A model generated the notes under the pieces. It was not told the origin of the DNA. It saw nothing but the letters and a program-made list of their open reading frames with translations, and did not search any database. DNA of 45,435 bases from Candidatus Micrarchaeota archaeon (GTDB lineage: Archaea > Micrarchaeota > Micrarchaeia > Micrarchaeales > CABMGC01), in contig JAJYXO010000029.1 of the NCBI GenBank assembly GCA_021801765.1, positions 1 to 45,435 of the forward strand, written 5' to 3'. Within the stretch, counting starts at the first letter, position 1. Each line of letters begins with the position of its first letter. Shown piece by piece: positions 1 to 9,659 of this stretch. A program made the translations under genes and the position numbers.

Positions 1-715
1 GAGCCGCAGTCATCGAGCAGCTTCTCGGCGGCGACAAAACCAGATCAATTGCAGAGATTTCAACAAACGACAGTAGACCAATAACCATAATCCACAAAGG
101 CGTGGAGTATCAGATCAAATTTAGTAACCTTCTGTACCGCATATCATCCAATACCGAAGGAATAAATGGCAAGGCAGAGGCAAGGAGTCTTCTGGCAGTG
201 AGGAACGCAAAACTCAGGATACCATCAGAAGTCTACAAAGACGAAGGATTCCTGGATGCGGCGAGAGCCGCAGTCATCGAGCAGCTTCTCGGCGGCGACA
301 AAACCCGATCAATTGCAGAGATTTCAACAGGCGATAGAAGATCTATAACCATAATCCACAAAGGCGTGGAGTATCAGATCGGATTTAGTAGCCTTCTGCA
401 CAGCATATCCGCCAATACCGAAGGAATAAATGGCAATACAGAGGCAAGGAGTCTTCTGGCAGGGAGGAACGCAAAACTCAGGATACCATCAGAAGCCTAC
501 AAAGACGAAGGATTCCTGGATGCGGCAAGAACTGCAGTCATCGAGCAGCTTCTCGGCGGCGACAAAACCCGATCAATCGCAGAGATTTCAACAAACGACA
601 GTAGACCAATAACCATAATCCACAAAGGCGTGGAGTATCAGATCGGATTTAGTAGCCTTCTGCGCGGCATATCATCCAATATCGAAGGAATAAATGGCAT
701 GGCAGAGGCAAGGAA
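1..715 (+). repeat. In-frame 264-bp (88-codon) tandem repeat, about 2.7 copies in the window, continuing upstream of the window
   Basis: gagccgcagtcatcgagcag at nt 1 recurs at 265, and as gaactgcagtcatcgagcag at 529. Copies are near-identical by eye. The third copy diverges after about nt 715. Confidence 0.9.
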
Positions 716-3278
716 CTACCTTTTCCTCAGATCGACAGGCGAAACCCATGCAAATGCGATAAAGATCATCGCAGCTGGGGACGTAGAAAAGTACATGGAA
801 GACCACAGCATGAGGAAGGTGGAAGACACCGGTATCGTTAAGATAATCTCGCAGCTCGGACTTGACCACTCCAGACTCGCCAGATACATTAGGCTGGCGC
901 ATCCGGAAATTGCAGAAGGCGAAGCGACAAGGATTGTAAGGGCGACGTTCAGAGGCATATACGGATTCGGAGTTGACAGGGAAACTCAGTACCTGAGGTA
1001 TGGAGTTGCGCTTGATTCCCCTCTGATGTGGACAGAGCTGCCTGCTGAGACTGAAAAACCTACGCTGGAGATAGAAGGCAATGCAGAAGGCGCTTCGCAT
1101 ATCTACATCTCAGGCTCATGGAAGAGAAGAATAAGTGTGGAGAACGGCAGGTTCTCAACCACAGTGCCTCTCAGGCTCGGAGAGGAGAACGAGTTCAGGA
1201 TCTATGCAATAAACGATATGGAAAGGACAAGGAGCCTGCCGCTGGAATTCAGGATACTGCAGAGAGGAAACACTGAAGACTTATCGAACCTGATCAGCGC
1301 AATATCTCTGATGGGCAGCGAAGCGCTCAGGAATATGAGAAGCGATGAGGGAAGATATGCGCTCCTTGTAGGGCTCCTCGAAGATGCGTCGATAAGAAAG
1401 TTCTGCAAGTCATTCGAAGAAGGGGAAGCATATGTAAGCAATATGGCAAAAACAACAAGCGACAGGACAATCGCAGCTGCTCTGGAAGACGTGCTCAGGA
1501 ATTTCAGGGAGATAAAAGGAAGGGAGTACCCTGCACTTGCCGGAGGGGAAGAACTGATTTTCTACCAGAAGTATGCAATACAGAGGCTCAGGGAGAGAAT
1601 GGAGCGCGGAGAGAGTTCAATACTTGCACTGGAGGCAGGGCTGGGAAAGACCCTTATCGTTCTTGCAGCGCTTTCCGCGACAAACAGGCCTGGAGTGATC
1701 ATAGTGCCAAAGAGCGTTGCGGATTCGTGGGACGAACAGAGAGTGCGTTTCCTGCCTAATGACCGCATGAACATGCTGCACGGCATCAGTTCGGAGGATA
1801 GAAAGCAGGAGATACAGAGGGAGATACTCTTAAGATCTGCAAGAAATGGCAGCCATACTAACCTACTGGTGAATCAGGAGTTCCTAAGGGACATCAGCGA
1901 CAGCGAGAGGTTTGGTCTGCTGAACGAGGCGCTGCTGCCGAATGGGATACTCGTAATAGACGAGGGCCATTGGATGGCGATACAAGGCACGAACCAGAGC
2001 ATAGGCATCTCAAGGCTGACTCCCGGATCAAAGATCATCGTAAGTGCAACGCCTTACAGCAATCCTGAGAGATACAGGGCGCTGATAAGCCAGATAAGGA
2101 TTGATGACGAGAGGTTCCAGAGTGCGAAGGCGTTCAGGGAGGCATTCGACTGGGATGATCCGGAGAGCTACAGGAGACTCCACGCGATAGTCGAATCGCA
2201 GGTGATAAGGTTCAGGAAGGACGATGTATTGGAAAGATATGATACAGATGCGCCGCTGGAAGGGCAGGGCCATCGCGTACCCATCGAGACAACGATGCCT
2301 ATGCGCGAAGCAGAGCTTACCGCGGATCAGGCGCTCTCTTTGTACGAGATGTTCACAGACTGGAATGGATGGTTGGAGAGGAATGGCCATTACATGCGCG
2401 GAGACGGGGAGCTCTGGGAAGGAAACGCGCTGATAAAGAAGCATGCGATAATGCAGACGATAAACAACCCTGATTACATAGGTTCGCAGGCGCAAAGCCC
2501 GAAGCATGAAGAAGTCAGGAAAGTTGTTGAGGAATGCCTTGAAGAGGGAAGAAAAGTGCTGATATTCACAAAATACATACATGAAGCAAACACATACATG
2601 GAGATGCTGCGGGGATACGGACCTGCGATGCTCACCGGAGAGATCTCTGCGCATGGAGACCTCACCAATGCGGATGGAAGCCCGAGGCTCTTCAGATACA
2701 GCCAGACTAAAGGCTTCGAACTTGACGAGAGGGGATATCCTATAGACGACGCTGAAGGAAGGCCGATCTCCGCGCTTACCTACGAGAGGCTGACGTTCAT
2801 GCACTCTCCTGAGCGCAGGGTTATGATCTCGACTTACGGCACTGGGGGAGTGGGCATAACGCTTAACGCCGCAAAGGCGGTTGTGCTAGCCGATCCGCCT
2901 GAGACTTATACCGAGTTCTACCAGGCGCTGAACAGGGTAGAAAGGATGGACACTCCAGAGACAAGGACACATCACGACGTGCGCATATACAGGATCGCGA
3001 GCAGGTACCCTGAAGAGTTCATGGAACTTATGAAGGATACCTACATAAAGAGAATCGATGGAAGATACGAGGAAGCGGACAGGAGCGAGGCTCTCGACGA
3101 GGAGAATGGGAGGCTAAAGGAAGGCTATACAACTGCATACGACGAATTCTTCAGGCAGGGCACATACGACATGTTTGCATACAGAAGGATAGAGAATCAG
3201 AGGATAATATCAGGCATGCTGCTCGACGGCATCATCTCCGAGGAAGAAGCAGCAGGCCCCGGATTCCAAGGAGCATAG
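1..3278 (+). CDS. SNF2/Rad54-like SF2 helicase, 5'-partial, with N-terminal 88-aa tandem repeats
   Basis: The reading frame is open from the window edge (codons from nt 3: AAVIEQLLGGDK...), so the GTG at 102 in the ORF track is probably internal. Helicase motifs: I LEAGLGKTL, II VIDEGHW, III VSATP; C-lobe TGGVGITLNAAKAVVLADPP and QALNRVER. Stop TAG at 3276-3278. Confidence 0.8.
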   Translation, partial: AAVIEQLLGGDKTRSIAEISTNDSRPITIIHKGVEYQIKFSNLLYRISSNTEGINGKAEARSLLAVRNAKLRIPSEVYKDEGFLDAARAAVIEQLLGGDKTRSIAEISTGDRRSITIIHKGVEYQIGFSSLLHSISANTEGINGNTEARSLLAGRNAKLRIPSEAYKDEGFLDAARTAVIEQLLGGDKTRSIAEISTNDSRPITIIHKGVEYQIGFSSLLRGISSNIEGINGMAEARNYLFLRSTGETHANAIKIIAAGDVEKYMEDHSMRKVEDTGIVKIISQLGLDHSRLARYIRLAHPEIAEGEATRIVRATFRGIYGFGVDRETQYLRYGVALDSPLMWTELPAETEKPTLEIEGNAEGASHIYISGSWKRRISVENGRFSTTVPLRLGEENEFRIYAINDMERTRSLPLEFRILQRGNTEDLSNLISAISLMGSEALRNMRSDEGRYALLVGLLEDASIRKFCKSFEEGEAYVSNMAKTTSDRTIAAALEDVLRNFREIKGREYPALAGGEELIFYQKYAIQRLRERMERGESSILALEAGLGKTLIVLAALSATNRPGVIIVPKSVADSWDEQRVRFLPNDRMNMLHGISSEDRKQEIQREILLRSARNGSHTNLLVNQEFLRDISDSERFGLLNEALLPNGILVIDEGHWMAIQGTNQSIGISRLTPGSKIIVSATPYSNPERYRALISQIRIDDERFQSAKAFREAFDWDDPESYRRLHAIVESQVIRFRKDDVLERYDTDAPLEGQGHRVPIETTMPMREAELTADQALSLYEMFTDWNGWLERNGHYMRGDGELWEGNALIKKHAIMQTINNPDYIGSQAQSPKHEEVRKVVEECLEEGRKVLIFTKYIHEANTYMEMLRGYGPAMLTGEISAHGDLTNADGSPRLFRYSQTKGFELDERGYPIDDAEGRPISALTYERLTFMHSPERRVMISTYGTGGVGITLNAAKAVVLADPPETYTEFYQALNRVERMDTPETRTHHDVRIYRIASRYPEEFMELMKDTYIKRIDGRYEEADRSEALDEENGRLKEGYTTAYDEFFRQGTYDMFAYRRIENQRIISGMLLDGIISEEEAAGPGFQGA

Positions 3279-3289
3279 CCTCGTTTCCG

Positions 3290-3315
3290 GCCTGAAGGCA
3301 GGCAGGGTTTCTTTT
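3290..3315 (+). terminator. Weak hairpin plus T-tract after the SNF2 stop
   Basis: GCCTG-aagg-CAGGC (3290-3303) followed by agggTTTCTTTT. Confidence 0.3.
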
Positions 3316-3652
3316 AAAGCTTTCTCCAATGTAAAGCATATTCTCAGTACTCTGTCTACTGCGAATAGAAGCGATTGCAGGCTAATAAAGTCCCGAAGCT
3401 TCCTGCCAGGAAGCATCTATAAGTATTCTCATTCATCTAACCTCTATAATGCTACAGCGCGGATACTGTCCATCACGCCCTGCTGCGGCTATCTGTCAAA
3501 GAATTGTGAATGCATTACCTAAAGGTAAAAGAGAATTTCAAATACCTTTAAATACCTTTCGAATTATATTATGATTCAATCGTGATTCTTTCGTGTAATG
3601 TGCACGTAAGATTCATGGAGTGTTCATGTAAGGATCGTGATGGGGATTGTCC

Positions 3653-4135
3653 ATGGAGGATGTTGAACAGATAGCAAAGGAGATCAAGGCTCTCAAAGAG
3701 GAGATAGGGGAGCTTGTGGGATCCAAGCGCCAGCTACCTGAAGATACGAACATGGCGATGCTCTTCAAGTATATGACCGATGAAAGAGAGAGGACCAACA
3801 AGATACTCAGCAGCATAACTGATAAGATAATCAGGCTTGAGAAGGAGATAGATAGCACATACAATGCCGGAGAGGCATACGATACGGGAAACAGGGAGAT
3901 AGCTCTATCTGCCTTAGATTCAAAGATTATAAATTTCGTCCAGACAAAAGGCATGGCATGCGCAGACGAAGTAAGGGAGCACATGGGTTACAGGGGCAGA
4001 AACGCAGCATGCGCAAGGCTTAACAGGCTCTACAAGGAGGGCTTGCTTGACAGGTTCCAACTGGGTCACAAGGTTTATTACAGGTTTGATGCTGGCAAGA
4101 CGACCAATACGCTCATTATATCACCTCCACAGTGA
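3653..4135 (+). CDS. Coiled-coil plus C-terminal winged-helix (MarR/TrmB-like) DNA-binding protein
   Basis: ORF track 3647..4135 starts at a TTG; ATG at 3653 is preferred. The N-terminal half is heptad-like (IAKEIKALKEEIGELV). The C-terminal part (ALDSKIINFVQTKGMACADEVREHMGYRGRNAACARLNRLYKEGLLDR) looks like a wHTH. Confidence 0.6.
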   Translation: MEDVEQIAKEIKALKEEIGELVGSKRQLPEDTNMAMLFKYMTDERERTNKILSSITDKIIRLEKEIDSTYNAGEAYDTGNREIALSALDSKIINFVQTKGMACADEVREHMGYRGRNAACARLNRLYKEGLLDRFQLGHKVYYRFDAGKTTNTLIISPPQ

Positions 4136-4137
4136 AC

Positions 4138-4167
4138 AGGCCTGCCGCAAGGCAGGCCTCCCTTCTT
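4138..4167 (+). terminator. Perfect 9-bp GC-rich hairpin 3 nt after the stop codon
   Basis: AGGCCTGCC-gcaa-GGCAGGCCT (4138-4159) followed by cccttctt. Confidence 0.45.
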
Positions 4168-4270
4168 GAGAGAGGCGCTTATCCTTGAAGCTGCGAACCA
4201 GATCGCAGCTATAATGAGTGCAAAAGAGATCTTCACACTAAACAATATAAAAGTTCATAACGTGTATTGA

Positions 4271-5296
4271 GTGGAAGGTTTGATGTCCGCAAGTTCAACG
4301 CATGCAGATGCAGCGTCATTAACGCATTCAAGCGACATAGACGGATTGGCAAGCGCAGCTTTCGTGAAGATGAGATTCGGCATAGATGCAAAGAGAATCT
4401 TCTTCTGCGATTATACGCCCGAGAGCCTGCTCTACGCTTCAGAGAGGATAAAGCCTCTCTGCAGGCCAGGTTTTACGCTCTTCATAACCGATATAGGCAT
4501 GAACACAGGCCTTAAGAAGGCATTTGTTAACCTTCTCTCCTATATCAACAAGAAAGGCGGAAAAGCGGTATGGTTTGACCACCATCCTTGGAGCGAAGGA
4601 GATATCTCGAAAGTTGCCAAGCTTTGCCAGATAGCTATAATAGGGGAGAACAGGAGATATTGCGCCACAGAGATAACAAGGAAGATGCTTGGGCTCAATG
4701 ACGGGTTCTCCATAAAACTTGCCGAGATAGTCCATTATTCAGACTTCAACCTAAAGCCAGACAGCAGGAACATGAAAAGGCTGATAGGCGCATATGCGCT
4801 CTCAATCTCTAGCTACAGCACTATGAATAGGAGAGATGCCTATGCCAAGCTCAGAAATATAGCAGTGCTACTTAGCTGCCATAAGCTTATCTCCAGCAGC
4901 ATCAAAGCAGATGCAGCTGCTTTCAGCAAGCTCAATAGGCTAAGGGTAAGCAAGATGCTTGGAGAGCTTTATGTATACGGAAATGTTGCCATAGGCTTCG
5001 GAGAGACTATACAGTCAACTAACGCCTGCGCAGAGATAATGAAGAAAAGCGGCAAGGACATTGGAATATACATCAATACAGAAAGCAATAAAGGCCATAT
5101 GCGCAGCGTTAAAGCTGATTGTTCAGGAATGGCAAAACGGCTCGGAGGCGGAGGCCACCCGCATGCCTGTGGCTTTCCGCTTAGAGCACCTGAAATAAGC
5201 CAGATAAAAACCAGAAGCGGCAGATCTAATTTCTCGCAGAAGCTGGCATATCTTGCGAGAGACCTCCCAAGCGCAGATCTACCCTCCTCAAAATAA
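4271..5296 (+). CDS. DHH/DHHA1-family phosphoesterase (NrnA / RecJ-like fold)
   Basis: Motifs HSSDIDGLAS, ITDIG, WFDHHPW and the DHHA1 motif GGGGHPHACGF. Start is GTG 4271 or ATG 4283. Confidence 0.75.
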   Translation: MEGLMSASSTHADAASLTHSSDIDGLASAAFVKMRFGIDAKRIFFCDYTPESLLYASERIKPLCRPGFTLFITDIGMNTGLKKAFVNLLSYINKKGGKAVWFDHHPWSEGDISKVAKLCQIAIIGENRRYCATEITRKMLGLNDGFSIKLAEIVHYSDFNLKPDSRNMKRLIGAYALSISSYSTMNRRDAYAKLRNIAVLLSCHKLISSSIKADAAAFSKLNRLRVSKMLGELYVYGNVAIGFGETIQSTNACAEIMKKSGKDIGIYINTESNKGHMRSVKADCSGMAKRLGGGGHPHACGFPLRAPEISQIKTRSGRSNFSQKLAYLARDLPSADLPSSK

Positions 5297-5328
5297 GGAT
5301 TCTGAGATTTGTATCTGAAGATATATTG

Positions 5329-6528
5329 TCAGACTATATTTCCGTATCCTGATAGCCTCCATCTCTGACTCAGGTTTCTTAGCACTGAGATCTTCGCGCT
5401 TTTGTCAATGCATATTGGCCTATTCAGCGAGACCTCTATGCTGTTCTTCCTCGCAGTTTTAACATATCCAACTACTGTTCCCGTCCCTACTCCAAGTATA
5501 AGCGGCTCATCATTTCTGAAAGCCTGTTTAGGCACATCAGGCCTGTTCAGCGAAACATAGCTTAGAGTTATCTCGTTGAACTGCTCAGGCAGTTTGCCTG
5601 CCTTGCCGACAACCTGGCCTACTAATCCATCTGCCTTAGTGAGAGATGGATCCATGTCTGTGCCGACGGCTATGAGGCCTCCGGCAATTGCCTCTTCGAG
5701 CTTATCCTCTCCTGCAGAGAGACTTTCTACCCTCGCTATTATCGGCTCATAGCTCTCCTTTTTCTGCTTCTCCTTGGATGACCCCATCCCCGGCCTTATC
5801 TCTATTTCATCTCCTACCTTGAACTTTCCTTTTACTACGGATCCGCCTATGACGCCTCCTACTAGTTTGTTTATTTTAGTGCCAGGTTTGTTCACATCGA
5901 ATGATCTTGCTATGTACATTATAGGGTCTGATTCGGTGTTCCTCTTAGGAACTCCGATATTAACTATCTCTTCCAGTATCTTATCTACGTTTATGTTCTT
6001 GTTGGCCATCACTGGTATTATAGGCGCATTCTCTATCCTGCTACCCTTTATGAAATCCTTTATCTGGCCGTAGCTTTTGACTGCTTGCTCTTTGCCAACT
6101 ATATCAACCTTAGTCTGCGCTATCACCACGTTCTTTATCCCCAGTGCATTGATTATCATCAGATGCTCCCTAGTCTGCGGCATGGGACATGGTTCAGTGG
6201 CAGATATCACGAAGAGCGCTCCATCTATGATGCTTGACCCCGCTATTGCAGTGGCCATGAGCGTTTCGTGTCCAGGCGCGTCGAGAAGGGAGATTCTCCT
6301 TACCTCCTTCGCTTCTGATCCATCGCTGCATTTCTTCTCAGTTGTGTAGCCTCCATCTTCACAGCTGCTTATCACTGCCTCAGCGTATCCTAGCTTGATG
6401 GTCATGCTCCTTTTGACGCTCTCACTGTGTACATCTGTCCACTGGTGGGTTATTGCGGATACAAGGGTTGTTTTGCCATGATCCACGTGGCCAAGTGTGC
6501 CTATGCTTAGTTCACTCTGCTTGAGCAT
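5329..6528 (-). CDS. eif2g: Translation initiation factor aIF2 gamma subunit
   Basis: G1 GHVDHGKTTL, G3 DAPGHE, G4 QTKVD, plus full-length EF-Tu-like domains II/III. The start is trimmed to M24 (MLKQSEL...) because a TATA-like box lies 26-33 nt upstream, inside the longer ORF 5329..6597. Confidence 0.9.
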   Translation of the reverse strand: MLKQSELSIGTLGHVDHGKTTLVSAITHQWTDVHSESVKRSMTIKLGYAEAVISSCEDGGYTTEKKCSDGSEAKEVRRISLLDAPGHETLMATAIAGSSIIDGALFVISATEPCPMPQTREHLMIINALGIKNVVIAQTKVDIVGKEQAVKSYGQIKDFIKGSRIENAPIIPVMANKNINVDKILEEIVNIGVPKRNTESDPIMYIARSFDVNKPGTKINKLVGGVIGGSVVKGKFKVGDEIEIRPGMGSSKEKQKKESYEPIIARVESLSAGEDKLEEAIAGGLIAVGTDMDPSLTKADGLVGQVVGKAGKLPEQFNEITLSYVSLNRPDVPKQAFRNDEPLILGVGTGTVVGYVKTARKNSIEVSLNRPICIDKSAKISVLRNLSQRWRLSGYGNIV

Positions 6529-6553
6529 AAAATACCATTGTGGTGAATTGTTT

Positions 6554-6561
6554 CTTATATG
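6554..6561 (-). promoter_or_regulatory. TATA-like box for the aIF2-gamma gene
   Basis: The minus strand reads CATATAAG, 26-33 nt upstream of ATG 6528. Confidence 0.35.
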
Positions 6562-6981
6562 CTTTGCATCTGTACAAGTGCATCTGAACCATCTCATATT
6601 CGCTTTTCTTCTTCATATACCTTACCATGTTTTCATCACAAGCCTTACTTCTATACAAGATATAAGAAGCCTGCGAAGTTTGCTGAGTATTTATCGTTTA
6701 CTCATGTATTTATATCTAGCACTAAGTTCTCCTTCTTCTCAAGCTTTTCCAGGTACTTTGCATATTCCTACGCTTACAGTGCATAGTACCATGTGCTTGT
6801 ATTCAACGGGCGGCAAATCCACACTGCATATAATCGAACTGCTTGAAGTACGACAGATGGTATATGGCTGGAATATACTCACAGATAAGCGCTGTGGGAT
6901 TGCTGCTTATGACCAATCATAGCCACCCCGAAAGCCCACACGGCTTGCGGGTGGGAGGATGTCACATTAATGTAGCTGCGG

Positions 6982-7377
6982 CTATTCCTTTGCCTCCTTT
7001 TTCTTGAAGATCTCGTCCGCGGATTTTGCGCCATATTCCTCTATTACAGTATTTATTTGCGACGTATCTGCGCTTATCGTGTTTCCCCTTATCAGCCTTC
7101 TTGACCTATAACCATGTTTTGCAACTCTCATTCCCACTCCGTATCCGAGAAGAGGCCTAGCCTTCCTTGTTCCCTCTATCTCCCTGCGCGAAGGCGATCC
7201 TGAGTTGTCGCTGAGGCCAGTTACTCGTAGCTTGAACCCGTCAAGCCCTGCAACAGAGCCTTCAATGATCTCGCCTATCTTCCTTCCGATAAGCTGCCCC
7301 TCCATTTCCTTCTGCACTATCGCTTGTGCCGTCTTTCCTGTCTTCTTGTCCGAATAAACAACTTGCATCATTTTCAC
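6982..7377 (-). CDS. rps6e: 30S ribosomal protein S6e
   Basis: [16 protein letters not shown]...GFKLRVTGLSDNSGSPSRREIEGTRKARPLL...GYRSRRLIRGNTIS is the typical archaeal S6e pattern. Confidence 0.9.
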   Translation of the reverse strand: MKMMQVVYSDKKTGKTAQAIVQKEMEGQLIGRKIGEIIEGSVAGLDGFKLRVTGLSDNSGSPSRREIEGTRKARPLLGYGVGMRVAKHGYRSRRLIRGNTISADTSQINTVIEEYGAKSADEIFKKKEAKE

Positions 7378-9527
7378 CTATACATGCTCTCTGGTTCTTC
7401 TTTGAACCTCCTTATCCTATCTGCCAGCTCCTTTGGTATCGCTGGCTTGATTTCCCTAAGCGCCTTTTTGAAATCATCTGCGTTCACAGTATCTCTCTTC
7501 ACTCTTATCGCATTCATACCCGCTTCTCTGCATAGGTTCTCTATCTCCGCGCCGGTATAGCTCTCTGTCAGGTTTGCGAGCTCGTAAAGATCCACGCTCT
7601 TCTCCAATGGCATCCTCTTTGTATGCACCTTGAAAATCTCTATCCTCGCCTCTATGTCGGGCATCGGTATGTCTATTATCTTGTCGAATCTCCCGGGCCT
7701 GAGCAGAGCAGGATCAATATCTTCAGGTCTGTTAGTTGCAGCAAGCACTATCACGCTCTTCAGCTCCTGCAAGCCGTCCAACTCTGTGAGAAGCGTATCC
7801 ACTACCCTCTCAGTTACTCTAGAATCATCATAAGTTCCACGGGCCTTTGCTATAGCATCTATCTCATCTATGAATATTATGCACGGTGATGCTAGCCTGG
7901 CCTTTCTGAATATCTCCCTAACTGTCTTCTCGCTCTCGCCTACCCATTTGCTCAATACTTCAGGACCTTTTATCGATATGAAGTTCGCCTCCCTCTCTGT
8001 TGCAACTGCCTTTGCAAGCAGCGTCTTCCCTGTCCCAGGGGGGCCGACCAGCAAAACTCCCTTAACCGGCCTTATGCCTATCTTCTCAAATGCCTCGGGC
8101 TCTTTGAGCGGCATCTCCACAGCTTCCTTGAGCTCTGCCTTTACCTTCTCAACTCCCCCTACATCTGACCAGTGAACATTTGGCCTTTCAACAAAAACCT
8201 CTCTCAGGGCGCTGGGCTGTATATTCTTCAGTGCCTCCATAAAGTTCTCCCTGTTTACTGTTAGCTCGCTAAGCACATCTACAGGTATTGACTGTTTGTC
8301 TATTATCTTCGGGAGAAGTTTACGAAGCGTGGACATCGCTGCTTCTTTCACAAGCGCATTCAGATCAGCGCCAGTATAGCCGTGCGTTATGTTCGCAAGT
8401 TCTTCTATACTCACATCCTTGCTTATAGGCATATTGTTTACGTGTATCTGCAGTATCTGCTTCCTCGCATCCCTGTTTGGCACCCCTATCTCTATCTCTC
8501 TATCGAACCTTCCAGGCCGCCTCAATGCTGGATCTATGGCATCCTGCCTGTTTGTAGCTGCTAGTATTATGACCTGCCCTCTAGGCGGCATGCCATCCAT
8601 CAATGTTAGCAGCTGCGAGACCATCCTCCTCTCCACCTCATTAGTTGCCTCCTCCCTCTTAGGGGCTATGGCATCTATCTCATCCATGAAGATTATAGTA
8701 GGAGATTTCTCATTCGCATTCCTGAATATCTCCCTTAACTTCTCCTCGCTTTCCCCTACAAACTTGCTGACAAGCTCGGGTCCTGATATGGATATGAAGT
8801 TTGCATCGCTCTCATTGGCAACTGCCTTTGCAAGCAGCGTCTTTCCTGTCCCAGGGGGGCCGTATAGCAGCACTCCCTTCGGTGGCTCTATTCCAAGCCT
8901 TTGGAAGAGCTCTGGATACCTTATCGGCAGCTCTACCATCTCCCTTATCTTCTGTTTTGCATCATCCAATCCTCCTATGTCTTCGTAGTGTACGTCTCCT
9001 ATTCTTACAAGAGACTCAGATACGGGCTCATCCTTAACCACAAGGTTGGTGTCTATCCCTACCCTGACTATCCCGTGTGGCACCACCTGCACCACAAGGA
9101 AGTTGAATACCAGCCCAAACATAGGTATTGGTATTGAGTCTCCCTTCGTAAGCGGCCTGTTCTCCAGTCTCCTCTTTGCATACTCTGAGAAGTCTGGCGA
9201 GAGTGGAGGCCTCTGGCTCGGAGGCGGTGCAAGTACAACCTTTTCCGCATCCTTGACCTCTGCCTTAGATATGAATATCTTATCTCCTATTCCAACTCCC
9301 AGGTTCTGCCTCAGATAACCGTCTATGCGTATGAATCCAAGGCCTTCATCGCTAGGATGCGATTGCCAGACAACTGCCGCCGAGGATTTTATCTTACCCT
9401 TTATCTCTATAATATCTCCTGACACTACTCCTAACGATTTCCTAGATTTGGAATCTATCCTGGCTATGCTCCTGCCAGAGTCTGTCACTAGCGCATCCGC
9501 AACGGTAAGTTCCAAAGAGGTTGTCAT
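7374..9527 (-). CDS. cdc48: Cdc48/VCP-like AAA+ ATPase (two AAA domains)
   Basis: N-domain ([25 protein letters not shown]), two Walker A motifs [13 protein letters not shown], two Walker B motifs (IIFMDEID / IIFIDEID), and second region of homology. The 4-nt overlap with rps6e suggests an operon. Confidence 0.95.
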   Translation of the reverse strand: MTTSLELTVADALVTDSGRSIARIDSKSRKSLGVVSGDIIEIKGKIKSSAAVVWQSHPSDEGLGFIRIDGYLRQNLGVGIGDKIFISKAEVKDAEKVVLAPPPSQRPPLSPDFSEYAKRRLENRPLTKGDSIPIPMFGLVFNFLVVQVVPHGIVRVGIDTNLVVKDEPVSESLVRIGDVHYEDIGGLDDAKQKIREMVELPIRYPELFQRLGIEPPKGVLLYGPPGTGKTLLAKAVANESDANFISISGPELVSKFVGESEEKLREIFRNANEKSPTIIFMDEIDAIAPKREEATNEVERRMVSQLLTLMDGMPPRGQVIILAATNRQDAIDPALRRPGRFDREIEIGVPNRDARKQILQIHVNNMPISKDVSIEELANITHGYTGADLNALVKEAAMSTLRKLLPKIIDKQSIPVDVLSELTVNRENFMEALKNIQPSALREVFVERPNVHWSDVGGVEKVKAELKEAVEMPLKEPEAFEKIGIRPVKGVLLVGPPGTGKTLLAKAVATEREANFISIKGPEVLSKWVGESEKTVREIFRKARLASPCIIFIDEIDAIAKARGTYDDSRVTERVVDTLLTELDGLQELKSVIVLAATNRPEDIDPALLRPGRFDKIIDIPMPDIEARIEIFKVHTKRMPLEKSVDLYELANLTESYTGAEIENLCREAGMNAIRVKRDTVNADDFKKALREIKPAIPKELADRIRRFKEEPESMYR

Positions 9528-9659
9528 GAGATCAGCTTCTCACACATGCAGGCATAGTTGCACTGCATGCCCATTTATAAAGAGTGCATAACAGGAATAT
9601 ATAACTTTCTATGCTTATACTCTTCTGTATTCTGAAATTTCGCGGCAAGGAGTGTTCAT

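Noticed and set aside
1-715. Regularly spaced repeats that could be mistaken for a CRISPR array or satellite
   Set aside because: The period is 264 bp with no short repeat/spacer alternation. The repeats are in frame and continuous with the SNF2 ORF, so this is a protein-coding tandem domain repeat.
2028-2804. 258-aa minus-strand ORF (and other 60-140-aa ORFs at 430-2668) inside the SNF2 gene
   Set aside because: They are antisense or out-of-frame shadows of a 1058+-aa ORF with clear helicase motifs. Their composition is low-complexity and Arg/Ser/Leu-rich.
5329-6597. N-terminally extended aIF2-gamma (422 aa, MRWFRCTCTDAKH...)
   Set aside because: The extension has no counterpart in aIF2-gamma and contains the likely TATA box. 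M24, just before the G1 motif, is the natural start.
6497-6922. 141-aa and 75-aa plus-strand ORFs in the aIF2-gamma/rps6e spacer
   Set aside because: They are Leu/Ser/Phe-rich with no motif. They overlap the aIF2-gamma 5' end and promoter, in an AT-rich region where stop-free runs of this composition are not persuasive.
8389-8988. 199-aa plus-strand ORF (and neighbours at 7623-9591) opposite cdc48
   Set aside because: They are antisense shadows of a 717-aa AAA+ gene with unambiguous motifs, and have a typical Ser/Leu/Pro-rich antisense composition.
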